Of a stretch of 64,000 nt of DNA, positions 13,730 to 40,205 are shown one piece after another. How positions within the stretch are numbered: the stretch's first letter is position 1; each line of letters begins with the position of its first letter. This DNA is from Salpingoeca rosetta. Lineage: Eukaryota; Protista; Choanoflagellata. The notes beneath the pieces were generated by a model. That model saw only the letters and a program-made list of their open reading frames with translations. It was not told where the DNA came from and made no database searches. The translations under genes and the position numbers were made by a program. The DNA is taken from NCBI GenBank assembly GCA_033442325.1, contig JAWQFM010000008.1:575851-639850 (forward strand), in the 5' to 3' direction.

Positions 13730-16449
13730 TTAGACGTGGCTGTCACCTGTAGCAGCTGCTGGGTCGGCATCGCCGCTGCTGTGTTCATGGCCACCGTTGC
13801 TGGCACTGTTGGAACCGCTTGTGGTCTGGTTCTCCCGAGAATCGCCAGCTGCAGTAGCCATGGGGACGTTACCCGACATGCCTGTGGGATGTGACTGGGG
13901 ATGCTGGTGCTGCTGGTGCTGTTGGTTTTGCTGGTGCTGCTGGTGCTGGTGCTGTTGGTGTTGCTGCTGGTGCTGCTGGTGCTGGTGCTGTTGGTGTTGC
14001 TGCTGTTGCTGTTGGTGTTGCTGCTGTTGGTGTTGCTGGTGCTGCTGGTGGATTGTGTGTGGCATCCAGAATGGTCCCTGCGGCAGCTGCAGTGCCTCCA
14101 CTTCTGCCCCACCCGACACGCTCGCTGCTGTGGAGGCCGGCACAGGTGTCTCTGCTGACGGTGCTGACGGTGTTGCTTTGGTAGCGGCAGCCAGGGCCGT
14201 CGCAGACGCTGCTGTTGACGTTGTAGCCTGGGACGTGACGGTACAGGGCACTGTCAGGGCGATGAGTGGCGTGGCTGCTGGCGTGGCTGTTGTTGGGGCC
14301 GTTGCACTCGAAGATGTTGGGGCTGTTGAGGTGTTGGCGGTTGTTGTGGCGGTTGCACTCGACGTTGTTGGCGCTACTGTCGTGGCTACTGTAGCCGTGG
14401 GGCTTGTCACAGTGCCTGTTGAGCCTGCTGGCGTTGTAGTTGTTGCTGCAGTCGGTGCTGTTGCAGCTGTGATTGTATCTGTTGTTGAGGCGGATGCTGC
14501 CACGGCGGCCCGCGGTGTTGTTGCCGTACCGCCCTGCCCAGGCACGTCCATCAACGTCTACAATCGTGTTGTGTGGGAGGAGACGCAAGAAGCAGGTACG
14601 GGTTGGGGTGAGATGGGGTGGCAGGAAGACAAAATGAGCAACCATAGTTTGCCCGCAGAAGCAGGAGGGTTGTACTCGCCCAGGAGAAACAATAACAGGA
14701 ACACCATACTCATCGAGACACGCACAGACAGAAAGAAAGACACGTCCACACCCACGCGCGCATGAACGGGGGAAGCGATTCACACGCAAGCACGAGCACA
14801 AGCACGAGCACGAGCACGAGCACAAGCACAAGCACAAGCACGAGTAGGCACGAGCAAGCACAAGCACACGCACGCACACAGACACACACGTACACACACA
14901 CACACGCGCACCTGCTTTGGGCCCCGCAGGTATCCTTCGCGAACAAGAAACCGCTGGGTGGCGCGGAGGGCGGCCTTGTAGTCTTTGGGATCGTCGGCCC
15001 CATCGTCCGTCTTGTCCACCTTCACCAAGTCATGGCGGCGCAGCAGCACGAGCACGTGCGCAGCCGTCACGTTGTTGGTCTCCCTGTGCTGCTGCTGCAC
15101 ATAGTCGCGGACGAGCTTGCGCACGTCGTCGGTGGCCGGCACGCGCGTCTTGAGCTTTGTCTTCTTGCCTCGCAAGTTGGTTACTTTGAATGGGCCTGCA
15201 TCCGTCTTTGCCTGAGCTCCCTGCACACTCACATACCACAGAAGCAACGTGGGATGTGCGTGTGAGTATGTGTGAGTGTGTGTGAGTGTGAGAGTGTGTG
15301 AGTGTGTGTGTGTGTGTGAGTGAGTGAGTGTGTGTGTGTGAGAGTGAAAGAGAGTGGGTGGTGTGTGTGTGTATTTACATGTTCCGATGTTTGTATATGC
15401 TTTTGATTGTATGTCGGTGTGTGTGCGAGTGTGTGCGAGTGTGTGCTGAAGTGTGTGCTGAAGTGCAAAAGGCAGAGTGTATCTTGGTGATTGACGCTCA
15501 ACCCCACCGTGTCGCCTGGTTTTGCCTGGTCTTGGCCCTTCTGCTCATGCCGGCTGTTCCAGCGAGCGTACGCGTGTCCAACTGTTGCCACACCGTATCT
15601 GCGAACCACAGGCAAACGCCACCAAAGGTGCAGTCGCATCACATCAGGTATGGCCAAGCAAGTGAGTGTGCATGAGGGTCGTGCGCAAGACAAGTAAACA
15701 TCGCAACGGGAAACAGCAGGCACGCACCAAACACTCGCATACATATGAACACATGTGCACACACACACACACGCACACATATGAATACACACGCACACTC
15801 GCAACAAACATACACACATACACACATACACCCATCCACACATACACACATACACATGCACATACATGCACACACATGAAACCCACACACGCATATGCGC
15901 CCACATCACGCACCCGAGGAGGTCTGCAACGCGCTGCTGGATGTTGGCTGCAGATTCCAGCTTGACACCGGCTTGCCGCTGTGCTGCTTGTTCCACTTTC
16001 AGCTGTAAGTACACGTGCACGATGTTCATCAGTTCGCGTTCTGTCAGAGCACTTCGTCCCCGCATATCCTTGAGCTCCTTGAGCTCGCTCTCCAGTTGCT
16101 CCACGTCCCGCGCCACAGACGCAGAGCGGCGCGGCCTCTTCGGCAGGGGCTGGTCGTGACCGCTGCTACCGGTTGCTGCCGTTACCGTTGCTGTCGTGGC
16201 AGGTGCCACTGGTTGTGCTGGCGGTGCAGGTGTTGGCACAGCGGTAGCCGTTGGCGCTGCTGTTCCGCTCGTTGAGGAGGAAGCGGCGCTTGTTGGCGTC
16301 GTGCCTGTTGAAGCGGGTGCCACTGCTGACGCCATGGATGTGCTTGCCATTGGTGTTCCCGTCGCTGGTGCCGCCGTTGCTGGTGTTGGCGTGGCAGTTG
16401 CCGGTGGCAGCACCACCGCTGTCTCCTGCTGCACGACACGATCCCCCAT
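13730..16449 (-). CDS. Low-complexity (Ala/Thr/Gln-rich) protein with a central transposase-N-terminus-like HTH region; exons 16449-15914, 15598-15508, 15220-14912, 14557-13730 (3' end uncertain)
   Basis: Phase-consistent GT-AG splicing joins the four exons. NLS-like PKRPRR; core IQQRVADLLGYGVATVGHAYARW...RGKKTKLKTRVPATDDVRKLVRDYVQQQHRETNNVTAAHVLVLLRRHDLVKVD...DPKDYKAALRATQRFLVREGYLRGPK. Confidence 0.7.
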
Positions 16450-16474
16450 CCCTCAGCCTCTCGCCGTTATGGGT

Positions 16475-16530
<56 letters not shown>

Positions 16531-16740
16531 GTGGGGGTTGCGCTCCTCACGACAGCAGCGAATGCAAAACAGGGAAACACGAAAACAAAACCAAAACAAA
16601 CGCGCCAGAAGCAACGAGAGTGCCAACAACAAGACGCAAGCAAGACGACGACGCAGCCACTGACACAGCACACAGCGACACACAGCGACACACAACGACA
16701 CAGCTTCCGACGACAACAACGACAGAAGCGCGGAGCAACA

Positions 16741-17797
16741 ATGGCGATGGCAGCCAAGGCGATCCAGGAGTGGTACAGGCGTGCAGAGGTGCCCACGGTG
16801 AAGGGCGGGAGCTTCACGTCAGAGTGGGCAGCCGCTGCCAGCAAGGACAGCGGAAGCAGCCCGCTCGTCGACACCGTGGAGGTTGTGCTTGGTCACAACA
16901 TCCCGGACGCGCAGGAGAAGCGCACGTACCGGCGCACGCTCACGGTCGTGCGTGGCGCAGACGGTACCTCTGTGGACACGGTCGTGCGCAGCGCCGCCGT
17001 CGACACAACCGGTGTCTCGGAGCACGTGCGCGTGCTCGCAGCCTCCAAGAAGTTTGCATTCACCGCCTCCAACCCAGCCGAAGGTGGCAGCAGCAACGGC
17101 AACGGCAACGGTGGCGGCGCTCGCGTCAACATTGTCGGCAGGAACGGCTGCCTGGCCACGGCAGACTGCAAGAAACTGCACGGGAAGGTGTTGCCCCTGG
17201 ACAACACGTTTGGCGGCGCTGCCTTCACCGATGACGAAGAAACCGTCTACTACGTCGCCGTGACCAACCCGCCCAAGGAGACAACATGGTATTGGATGTG
17301 TGCGTGTGTTTGTGTGCGTGTGTATCAACTTTGCATCTTCCTCGCACACCTCTACTCATCTCATACCGCCCCTCGATCCTAAGACACGATGAGTGCGCGT
17401 CGAGCTCACTCCCCACATGTCTGCGTTTTGGTGACAGGTGGGGCCCAAAGGCCGAGGACAACGACGAGAAGAAAGAGGGGGAGGAGAAACACACCCTCAG
17501 CACCAAGTACGAGACGCGCGACAACTGGGGCGAGGCGCACGTTGGCATTGGCGAGACGGCCATCTTCCGCTGGCAGTGGCAAACGCCCGGCACCAAGCCC
17601 GAGAAGGTGAATGTGCAACTCCCAACGACGGACAGCAGCAACAAGAAGACGCTGGGCGAGGTGGCCGTGCGTGGGCAGCGCATGGCTTTCGTCGCCTGGG
17701 ACAACGGCAAAGGCCGCCCCCTCGGCGCCCAGTACTGCATCAACCGCAACACCGCGTGAGTGCTTCATGTGTGCGTGCGTGCGTGTGTGTGTGTGTG

Positions 17798-17828
<31 letters not shown>

Positions 17829-18497
17829 ACATGTACGTATGTGCGTGTGTGCATGTACGTATGTACGTATGTGTGTGTTCGTATGTGTGTGTGTGTACGT
17901 GTGTGTACATATACGTATGTGTGTGTGTGTGTGTGTACGTATGTGTGTTCGTATGTGTGTGTATGTTGCGCGTGCACATACTCCCATACACACACGTTGC
18001 CTCTGCTGTGATCATTACCACTCGCACATGACGTGTTCACTGCTTGCAGCGTGTACGTCGCCGACCTTGATGGGTCCAACGTGAAGCAAATTTCAGACGA
18101 CGGCGTCCACAGCTGCCTCGCACCCAGGGTACTTGCCCTCGCTTCCAGCACAGCACAGCACGTCCATGCATCCATCCATCCGTCCATCCATCCATCCATC
18201 CATCCATGTATCCTTGCGCTCATGTCACCCGAGTATGCAAACCCACGGGCATGCTGACACGCTCCTACCCACCACCTGACACTACCCCCCCCCATACGTG
18301 TGAACACCTGTTTGCGTATGTGCATGTGCATGTGTGTGCATGTGCGAACGCGTGCAGTTCTCGCCAGACGGTGCGCGTGTTGTGTGGATGCAAACCAACG
18401 CTGACGGCCCCCACCGCCGCGCCAGCGCTGTTGTTGCCCACACCTTTGACACCGGCGCCAACACCACGCTCGTCCCTCCCACAGGTGTGCTGCGACT

Positions 18498-18555
<58 letters not shown>

Positions 18556-20316
18556 CGTGCGTGTGTGTGTGTGTTTGTTTGTCCTGTGGTGGTTGACAGC
18601 TGCATGTGTGAGTAAGAGATAATGCACAGCATCTCATCACTCCGTCGCGCCATCCCCCGTGGTGTTCGTTGCAGTGTACATCGGCAAGCTGCCCTACAAT
18701 TGCTGGCTGAGTGTGAGTTGTGGTGCCATACACCTTATGACCCATTGTCTCACTCGCGCTTGCACACGCGCCACACTTGTGTGTTGACCACACAAATGGC
18801 GGAACTTGCTTGCACTGACACCCCCCTCCACCTCTACCTCCGCCCACTCACTCACTCGTTCCAACTCTCCCCCTGCCCCTGCCCCGTTCCGTTCACATCC
18901 GTTCAGTCCACAGAGTTTGTGTTCTCGCACCTGACCCGCTCCCAAATTGTGGTGTCGTACGTCGACTGCGCAACCAGCACTCACGCCATTGTCCCCATGA
19001 CCAAAGGTCAGTGTGTCTGTGTGTGTGTGTCTGTGTGTCTGTGTCTGTGTCTGTGTGTCTGTGTGTCTGTGTGCGTGTGTGTGTGTCTGTGTGTGTCTGT
19101 GTCTGTGTGTCTGTGTGTCTGTGTGTGTGTGTGAGTTTCTCTGTGTGAGGGTGTCTGTCTGTGTGTCTCTCTCTGTGTAACTTTAGCTTGCTCTCCTGCT
19201 TTTCGCCCTTCTCACGCCATCTGCGTGAATTGTATTGCGTTCAGAAACGGTTGGCGCCTGGTCTGTCCAGGATGTTTGTGGCCGAAACGTGAGTTGTGTT
19301 TGACGATCATGTCTCTATTGCGTCTGCACTCTTCTGTGCGTGCCGTTTGCCTTGTCGCACCAACACATCTCAGTCATCGTCACGGCATCACGACTAACAC
19401 TGACCCGCCACTCTGCACCGTCCTCTTTCACCAACCGTCCATCCAACCAACCATCCCTCCCTCCACCCATCATACCTGGCGACTGCAGGTGCTGGTGAGC
19501 TTCACGTGTCCGTCCACTCCTCGTGGACTGTTCGTGTTCTCGTTTGCTCCGGCGTCCAGCGACGTCACGCCGCTCACCCTCATCGAGCCCCGTGACTCAA
19601 CAGGTGAGGAGTGCAGCGTGATTGCACTGTGTACGGGTTGTGTTGAGTTGTGTTGCTGTGTGTGCATGGGTAGGCTGTGCCCCTCCTCTGCTGCGTGTAA
19701 TCAAGCCATCAACTCCCCGCACCATCACCACCACGACAGGGCTGCGGTTTTCGCGGTACGAGACGGCTGCCGGTGATCAGGACGTGCTGGTGCTGCTGCC
19801 GCCGCTGGAGGAGGAGCCAGAGACCAAGGCCCTCCACCCAACAATCCTCGTCCCGCACGGCGGGTGTGTGGCTGCGTGTATGGGTTTCTGTGCGTGTGTG
19901 TGTGTATGTGTGTGTGTGTGTGCGTGTGGCTGCGTGTGTATGTGTGCATGCCAATTGTTCGTTCATTTTTTCTCCATCCACCTGCTCACCACACCCTTGA
20001 AACACACATGCGTACACGCACGCACACGCACATGCACACGCACCTGCAGCCCACACTCTGCAGTGCCTCTCGACTACTTTGCGCTGTATGCCGCGTTTGC
20101 GTACGGTGGATATGCAATTGTGTTTCCAAACTATCGTGGTTCCCTCGGGTTCACAGAGGACACCCTTGAAAGTCTTCCTGGCAAGGCCGGCACCCAGGTT
20201 GGGTGTGTCTGTCTGTCTGTGTGTGTCTGTGTGTCTGTGTGTCTGTGTTTGTGTCTGTGTGTCTGCGTGCTGCAATTCCTTTGCGTATGATTGACCTCCA
20301 ACCTCCATCAAGTCAC

Positions 20317-20349
<33 letters not shown>

Positions 20350-21177
20350 GACAACAACAACAACCCCCTCATCCATTGCGCCCGCCCCCCGCCTTTGTGT
20401 TTCGTCCGTTCGTCCGTCCATTCGCTCGCTCCGTGCAGGACGTGGAGGATGTGGTTGCGCTGTGCGACCTCGCCTACAAGAACGAGCCGTCCCTGGACCC
20501 GGCCCGCCTGTTTGTCTTTGGCGGTTCGCACGGCGGTTTCCTCACTGCTCACCTCACCGCGCAGTACCCAGGTCATTGCGATCACATGACAGAGTGCGCA
20601 GTGATGGTGGTGGCGGTGGTGGCGGTGGTGTGCGTGTAAGCAAGCCCTTCCGTTCCCCCTTTGTCTTCTTCATCATTTTGACTTGCTCTTGTTGCTCATC
20701 GTCCTCTTCTCCTCTCCCTTCCTCCACCCATCCATCCATCCATCCATCCACCCATCCATCGACATTCACGTTTCTGTACTCACCCGTACCCCCATCCCCA
20801 TTTTCCCTCCACTCACCCTGCACACGCCCTGCAGACAAGTTTGTTGCCGCGGCCATGCGTAACCCGGTCACCGACATTGCTGCGATGGTGCACGTCACAG
20901 ACATCCCCGACTGGTGCTTCGTGGAGGCGGGTCTGCCCATCAAGCCCATCGCTTCCATCACCGCAGAGGATATGGCGGCGATGAAGAAGGCGTCACCGCT
21001 GCCCTTTGTACATCGCGTCAAGAGCCCGACACTCGTCCTCATTGGCGACAAGGACCTCCGTGTCCCGCCCTTCCAGGTACGTGTTGGTTGCTCGCTTTTG
21101 TTGTGTGTGTCTGTGTGTGTGTGTGTGTGTGTCTGTGTGTGTGTGTGTCTGTGTCTGTGTGTGTGTGTGTCTGTGTC

Positions 21178-21223
<46 letters not shown>

Positions 21224-21534
21224 TTAACCGTCTGTCTGAACTGTTCGGTTATCTGAACTGTTCCCTTGGCTACCTGCCTGTCTTTTCAAATTGGTTTACC
21301 TCCTCTCCATCCACCACCACCACCATCACCACCACCACCACCACCACCACCACCACCACCACCACCACTGTCGTCGCTGTGTTCAAGGGCCGCCTGTGGT
21401 ACTACGGCCTGCGCGAGAACGGCGTTGAGACGAAGCTGTTCACGTACCCTGACGACAGCCACCCGCTCGCCTCCATCGCCTGTGCCAGCGACGTGTTTGT
21501 GAACGTCGCCCTCTGGTTCGGCCGCTTCCGCTGA
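16741..21534 (+). CDS. APEH: Acylamino-acid-releasing enzyme (acylpeptide hydrolase, peptidase S9C), multi-exon
   Basis: [15 protein letters not shown], nucleophile elbow [36 protein letters not shown] (Asp) and YPDDSHPL (His) complete the catalytic triad. N-terminal propeller exons; stop TGA at 21532-21534. Confidence 0.93.
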
Positions 21535-21760
21535 TTTGCTGCGTCTCATCGCACTGCATTGCACATGGCCGCACCGCTCGTGCTTGCGGTTTGTTTCACT
21601 GTGTGGTGTGCGTGCGTGCGTGTGTTCGTTGCCCAATTGCTTCAAAGCATCGATCGTTTATGTGCTCGTAGCATGGTTCCCCCAGAGCACTGCAAGTTCC
21701 AGTTCATTAAACGCACACACACACACACACCAGTCAAATGAACATGCACACGCAAAATCC

Positions 21761-22625
21761 TCAAATGCGTTTCATTAAGATCTCATAGGGTGCGTCTGGG
21801 TCGTTGTGCTTCGATGGAGAGTGATCCGCAATTGAAAACCTGTTGTGGCGTGGCCATCGCTAGCAGTGAGCTATGAGCACACCTCAAACACCAGTGCACG
21901 TATCAGTTTACAAGCGTATGGCGCATGCACAGGCACACGTATTCTCACGCATGCACACAAGACACATACACATTACCACACCCAGTTCGTTCGTAAAAGC
22001 GAAGCGCGTCGTTGTCTGCAGCGAAAGGTGTGATGGGTTGATGAGATATGGCGATCAGGGAAACAATTGCTCAAGCCAACCTGCTGCACACACACACATA
22101 CACACACACGTACACACATACACACATACACACATACGCACATACGCATACACACATACACAAACACACGTACACATACACATATACACATACACACATG
22201 CATACAGATCAGTTCGCGTGCTCACCTTTGAAGCACGTGAGGGCAATGCCAACCATTCCGATGTGTCTTGCCACGTGTTCCAAGCACTGGCAGCAAGCAA
22301 CCCACACGCAGGGTGCGTAAGCAGCGCTGTGGCTGGACTCACTGGCACCATGTATTGCATCAGCTCACGCACCCCCGCAACACAGTGCACGCGGTCACAT
22401 ACAGGGCTCAAATGAAAGAATGTATGTGTATGTGTGCACGCACCTCTACCAGGAATTTCCCGAGCCCCTTGCCTTTGTGACCTTCTGCCACATGCAGTTC
22501 ATAGCAATACACGACCCACTGCTCATCTTCCTCGTCGAGTAAGAAGATGGTGAAGCCAATCAACTGCGCTTGAATGAACGTCCACATGTGTGTGTGTGAG
22601 TATGAGTGTGTGTGTGTGAGTATGA

Positions 22626-22665
<40 letters not shown>

Positions 22666-23187
22666 TAGAGCTTAATGGGTGGACGGATTGCAGCACACTC
22701 CGAACCAGTGCAACGAACGCCCTCCCCCCCCCCCCCCAACCACACACACAAAGAAACGCAGTGAGACATGTGCAGACAGCATGCATGACAATGCCACATG
22801 CACCTGTTGCTGTTGCAACAAAAGGATGAAGTGCATGCCCTCAGCAAACAGCTCGTCCTCCTTTTCTGACCAGTCCCAGCCGTGTTTGTCGTACGCCGGC
22901 CTCATGCGATCCAGCATCGTCCAGATGTCACTCAGGTAAGGTGACTGCAGCACCTTGTCATGTGTCCAACACCGGGCCTCCAGTGCGTCCCTTTCTGCGC
23001 GGCCACCATCAAGTGCGCTTCCCGCATTTCGCTTGTCTCCCTCTTCACGTGCCGCTTGCTCCACATACCGCTGCTGCTGTTGCTGCTGCATGCATCGTTG
23101 CTGCATGTATCGTTGCACCTCGTTCACAAACAGTGGCGAGTGGTCCTGCTCAGTGTCAAACAACTTCTTCTTCTCCGCTTCCGCCAT
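21761..23187 (-). CDS. NAA40: N-alpha-acetyltransferase 40 (NatD, GNAT family), 5 exons
   Basis: Spliced product [32 protein letters not shown]...[97 protein letters not shown] matches NAA40 hallmarks (YCYE, KGLGKFL, LTxFKxN, DxSP, YEIL). Confidence 0.88.
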
Positions 23188-23286
23188 GGCTAGAACTTTC
23201 ACTAATGTGGGAGTAAATATTCTACAAACACATCGATCTCCAGCCAGACAAAGAGGGAAGAGCAAACACCCAAAGCCACCAATGCC
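23188..23286. promoter_or_regulatory. Very compact bidirectional promoter/5'UTR region between NAA40 and VPS51
   Basis: The divergent ATGs are only 99 nt apart. Confidence 0.6.
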
Positions 23287-29896
<6,610 letters not shown>

Positions 29897-30429
29897 AGCG
29901 TGCAGCGGTGTGACGTGGTGCGGTGCAGTGTGGTGGCAAATCAGGTTTCTCACCTCGTCATACGCACCACATCATCATCATTCACTTGGCTGTGATTTGG
30001 CAAAGTGTGTGTGTGTCTGTGTGTGTGTGTCTGTGTCTGTGTGTGTGTCTGTGTGGCTCTGTGTGTGCCTGTGTGTGTGTGTGTGTTGTGTTTGTGCGTG
30101 TTGGGTTCGCTACACTTCAACGGCCGTCGTTGTCCTCTGAGATCGTTTTTTGCAGTGTGGTCGTCTGTATTGCTGAATGAATGAAGGACGGCTTAATCAA
30201 ACAAAACATGACACGACACAAAACGCTGGAACATGGATCTCAAGAGAGGAAAGGACACGCCTCTCCTCCAAGTGTCACCCATGACGGCGGCGGAGGAAGA
30301 GGGTGAAAGATGATGAAAGATGCAACTACACTGCCACTGTAACAGTCTGCAGACTAAGAACACAGCTGGCATCCACGACAGGCGACATCACAACACAAGA
30401 GCGTGTGTATGTCCCATGTTGCATGCAGC

Positions 30430-37826
<7,397 letters not shown>

Positions 37827-38619
37827 CGCCGCTTGTTCTTTGCTTCTTGTTGTCTTGTTTGTTGTCGACGGCTGGGGCTGGCAGTTGCTCTTCGTTGGGG
37901 GTGTGCGATTATTTGTTAGTGTCTTAATGATATTTTCCACAACCACAGTTGCTACTGCTTGTGGTGCATGGTCCTGTGTCCTTCATAAATCCTGACGGCA
38001 GGATTCGCCACTCTTCGCTCCTCCATACGCTGTTCCCTGCACGCATTCCACAACCACCGCGCGAAAGACAACGACTACACACGCACACACACACACAACG
38101 GTCTCACAAACCATGTCACCACAGCAAAAGGCCAAGCAAGGAGGAGCAGTCTCATCCCATCACCATCCATCCTCCAGCGCTCAATCATCAACGACCACAA
38201 CAACGCAAAGACTGTCCAGAAGCATAGAAGCAAGCAAGCAAGGAAGCAAACCAGAAACAGACACAAACACTCACGCGCACACCCACCCTCCACCAACCCC
38301 TTTACCAAGCGGTGGTGCAGTGCTGATTCGCACCTTCAGCACAAGACATCAAGACAACAACACAGCGCAACAAACAAGCAGGCAGTCCCTTCTCTCCTTC
38401 TCCCTCAGAGCAAGCCTGCTCGCTGTCAAAGAAGTGCGTGCACCAAAGCAGTGCTTGCTTGCCAGCAACGCAGTGCGTACACCACTGCAAGAACCAGGGA
38501 CTGTCGCAGCTGCAGGCAAGCCAAGCAAGCTAACTACTAGCTTACTCGCTCACAGCATCAGAGTTCTTGTCACCAACCGAGAAGCCAAACCGCCCACCCA
38601 CCCACCCAGAGGGACAGCC

Positions 38620-40165
38620 ATGGCGGACTACCTCGAGATCAAGGGCGACGCAAGCGCGCCAGATAACCTCGTCAGCCTCAACAACCTCACCGAAGACACC
38701 ATCGTGAGTGGCTTCCATCTTGCCATGCTCTCTGCACACGCCCACAGCACAATAACCATCACGTACACGTACACATGCACACATACGCACAAAACGCACA
38801 CATGCACACATGCGCACACACGCACACATCAACTTGGTTGTTGCATTCGTCGCTGACTACGGTCCTCGTGGCTGCTTCTGTTTGTTGCTGTTGTTGTTGT
38901 TGTTGTTGCTCATCGTCATTGGTTGTCCCGCTGGTGTTGTTGTAACTAAATTGTTCCTGGCTGAACAGATGGACGCCTTGCGCGAACGGTACACGAACGA
39001 TGAGATTTACACCTACGTCGGCGACATCTTGCTCGCCATCAACCCCATGAAGCAACTGGCCATCTACAACAAGAGCCACCAACAACGGTCCGTTGCCCAC
39101 TTGTTCCACTTGTTGTTGTTCTTCTTCTCCGCTTGTTCGCGCGGCCGCACCGCCACGACATGTGCATGTGTGCGAGTGATGCATGCTTTGGGCTTACGTT
39201 GCTTGATGGCGCTGGAGTATGTTGTGTGTGTGTGTGTGAGTATGTGTGTGAGAGAGTATGTGTGAGTATGTGTGTGTATGTGTGTGTGTATGTGTGTGTG
39301 TTGGCAGTTGTTGCCTTCAACAAATGTCATCATCCCGACACAACTAATGCGTGGCGAAATACGCTCCGACACCGACAGGTTCAGCGTGCAGAACGAGTCT
39401 GCAGATTCAAAGCCACACATCTTCGATGTTGCTCGCCGCGTGTATCAGGTGACGTGACATGCCATGCCAATGGCAACAATAGCATACACAGTATTGAGAG
39501 AGGCAGGAGTGTACACAGAAGTACATGTCAGTCTCCAAAATTGTCGTCAGAGTTGAGTTGCATGCCAGCAACTCATGTTTCCTTCGCCTTCCCGCTTCCT
39601 CCTCACGCACACACACACACATATACCCGCATACACACACATACACACATACGCATACACGCATACACGCATGTACACACATCCGCACATACACATCCGC
39701 ACATACACATCCGCACACAAATCACAAACGACAGAACATGCACGTGTCGCGGCGCGGGCAGTGCTGTCTCATCAGCGGTGAAAGTGGAGCCGGCAAAACC
39801 GAGACAACCAAGTACTTTCTCAACCAACTTCTGCGCTGTGAAGGTGACGACGACACCATGGCTCGCAGCTCAACCTTGCTGTTGTTGTAGCGTAATTGTA
39901 ATTGCTGATGCCGCTCGCTGTGGGGGTGTTGATGTTGCTGGTTTGTGGTTGCAGTAAGTCAATCCATGCTTGCAAGCAAGTTGCACTGCAGCATGGACGT
40001 GACCCACCCAAACACAAAGGACTCACTGCCTATTGTACGCATCCCCACAGACGGCACGAACCAGCTTGAGGAGATGATTCTGCTGCTCAACCCCATCTTT
40101 GAAGCATTTGGCAACGCGCGCACCGTTCTCAACGACAACTCCTCTCGCTTCGGCAAATTCCTCGA

Positions 40166-40205
<40 letters not shown>

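Noticed and set aside
22830-22900. [14 protein letters not shown] looked like a SANT/Myb repeat
   Set aside because: Downstream exons show it is the NAA40 W-x-W...K..E motif of a GNAT domain.
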